A stretch of 63,496 nt of DNA, filler included, from Chiloscyllium plagiosum (lineage: Eukaryota), in assembly GCF_004010195.1 (NCBI RefSeq). It is 6 parts of one record of this genome, joined end to end, with 100 filler letters (N's around TTAATTAATTAA, not from the genome) between each part and the next. Parts side by side here need not be neighbours in the genome. Positions count along the whole stretch, not along the records: positions 61,698 to 63,496 come from NC_057717.1; 5 more parts are not named here. The stretch is one strand, 5' to 3'. Position numbers and translations under genes: made by a program. Below the pieces are notes generated by a model. It worked only from the letters and a program-made list of their open reading frames with translations, ran no database searches and had not been told where the DNA came from. Positions within the stretch are counted from its first letter, which is position 1, and the number at the start of each line of letters is the position of its first letter. This document shows positions 63,026 to 63,496 of this stretch, in pieces.

Positions 63026-63242
63026 ACAAGATTCTTTGATTCTTATACGAGGTATTTTCTGATGTTGACTACCATTGAATTTGTCCAGACTGCACAGAAG
63101 CACTAATTGTTTTTAAAATTTATGGGGCTCTTACAAAATGGCCAATTAGGACACAAAATGATAGGCTTCCATCTTCTTTCTAAGGCTAACCTCTCTCCAA
63201 ATAACAGGCACATACACTCTAACCAAATAGAATAGAATAGAA

Positions 63243-63496
63243 TGGGGAATGCTGGATGACTAAAGAAGTTGAGGGTTTGGTTAAGAAAAAGAAGGAAACA
63301 TATGTCAGGTATAGACAGGATAGATCGAGTGAATCCTTAGAAGAGTATAAAGAAAGTTGGAGTATACTTAAGAGGGAAATCAGGAGGGCAAAACGGGGAC
63401 ATGAGATAGCTTTGGCAAATACAATTAAGGAGAATCCAAAGGGTTTTTACAAATATATTAAGGACAAAAGGGTAACTAGGGAGAGAATAGGGCCCC
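63243..63496 (+). mobile_element. Well-preserved CR1 ORF2 fragment (tether region), running off the window end
   Basis: WMTKEVEGLVKKKKETYVRYRQDRSSESLEEYK..ILKREIRRAKRGHEIALANTIKENPKGFYKYIKDKRVTRERIGP, open frame. Confidence 0.9.

Overview
Repeat-rich vertebrate DNA, almost certainly from a cartilaginous fish (shark-like). The basis is HE1-type V-SINEs, CR1 and Rex1/Babar LINEs, Penelope-like elements (PLEs) and GPR139-like GPCRs of the type expanded in sharks. The window is six scaffold segments joined by five artificial 100-nt spacers (N44-TTAATTAATTAA-N44), so adjacency across those spacers is not assured. Main contents: (1) a ~24-kb inverted duplication (arms ~558-13058 and ~13719-24489) carrying GPR139-like pseudo-exons, a candidate decayed folate-receptor/riboflavin-binding-protein-family gene, and a SINE-associated ~1.95-kb deletion in one arm; (2) an apparently intact GPR139-like GPCR exon at 45588-46311, interrupted only by an assembly gap; (3) several PLE terminal repeats with minimal hammerhead-ribozyme motifs, including a TSD-flanked hairpin insertion; (4) two repair-type rearrangements, a 48-bp templated insertion and a ~1-kb tandem duplication with a captured CR1 piece; (5) several satellites (36, ~37, ~33, ~29 and ~26 bp units). 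There is no CRISPR array and no prokaryotic system. I found no clearly new biological system. The best leads are the hammerhead-bearing PLE repeats, the FOLR/RBP-like relic and the inverted duplication. All family assignments are by eye from remembered motifs, not database searches.
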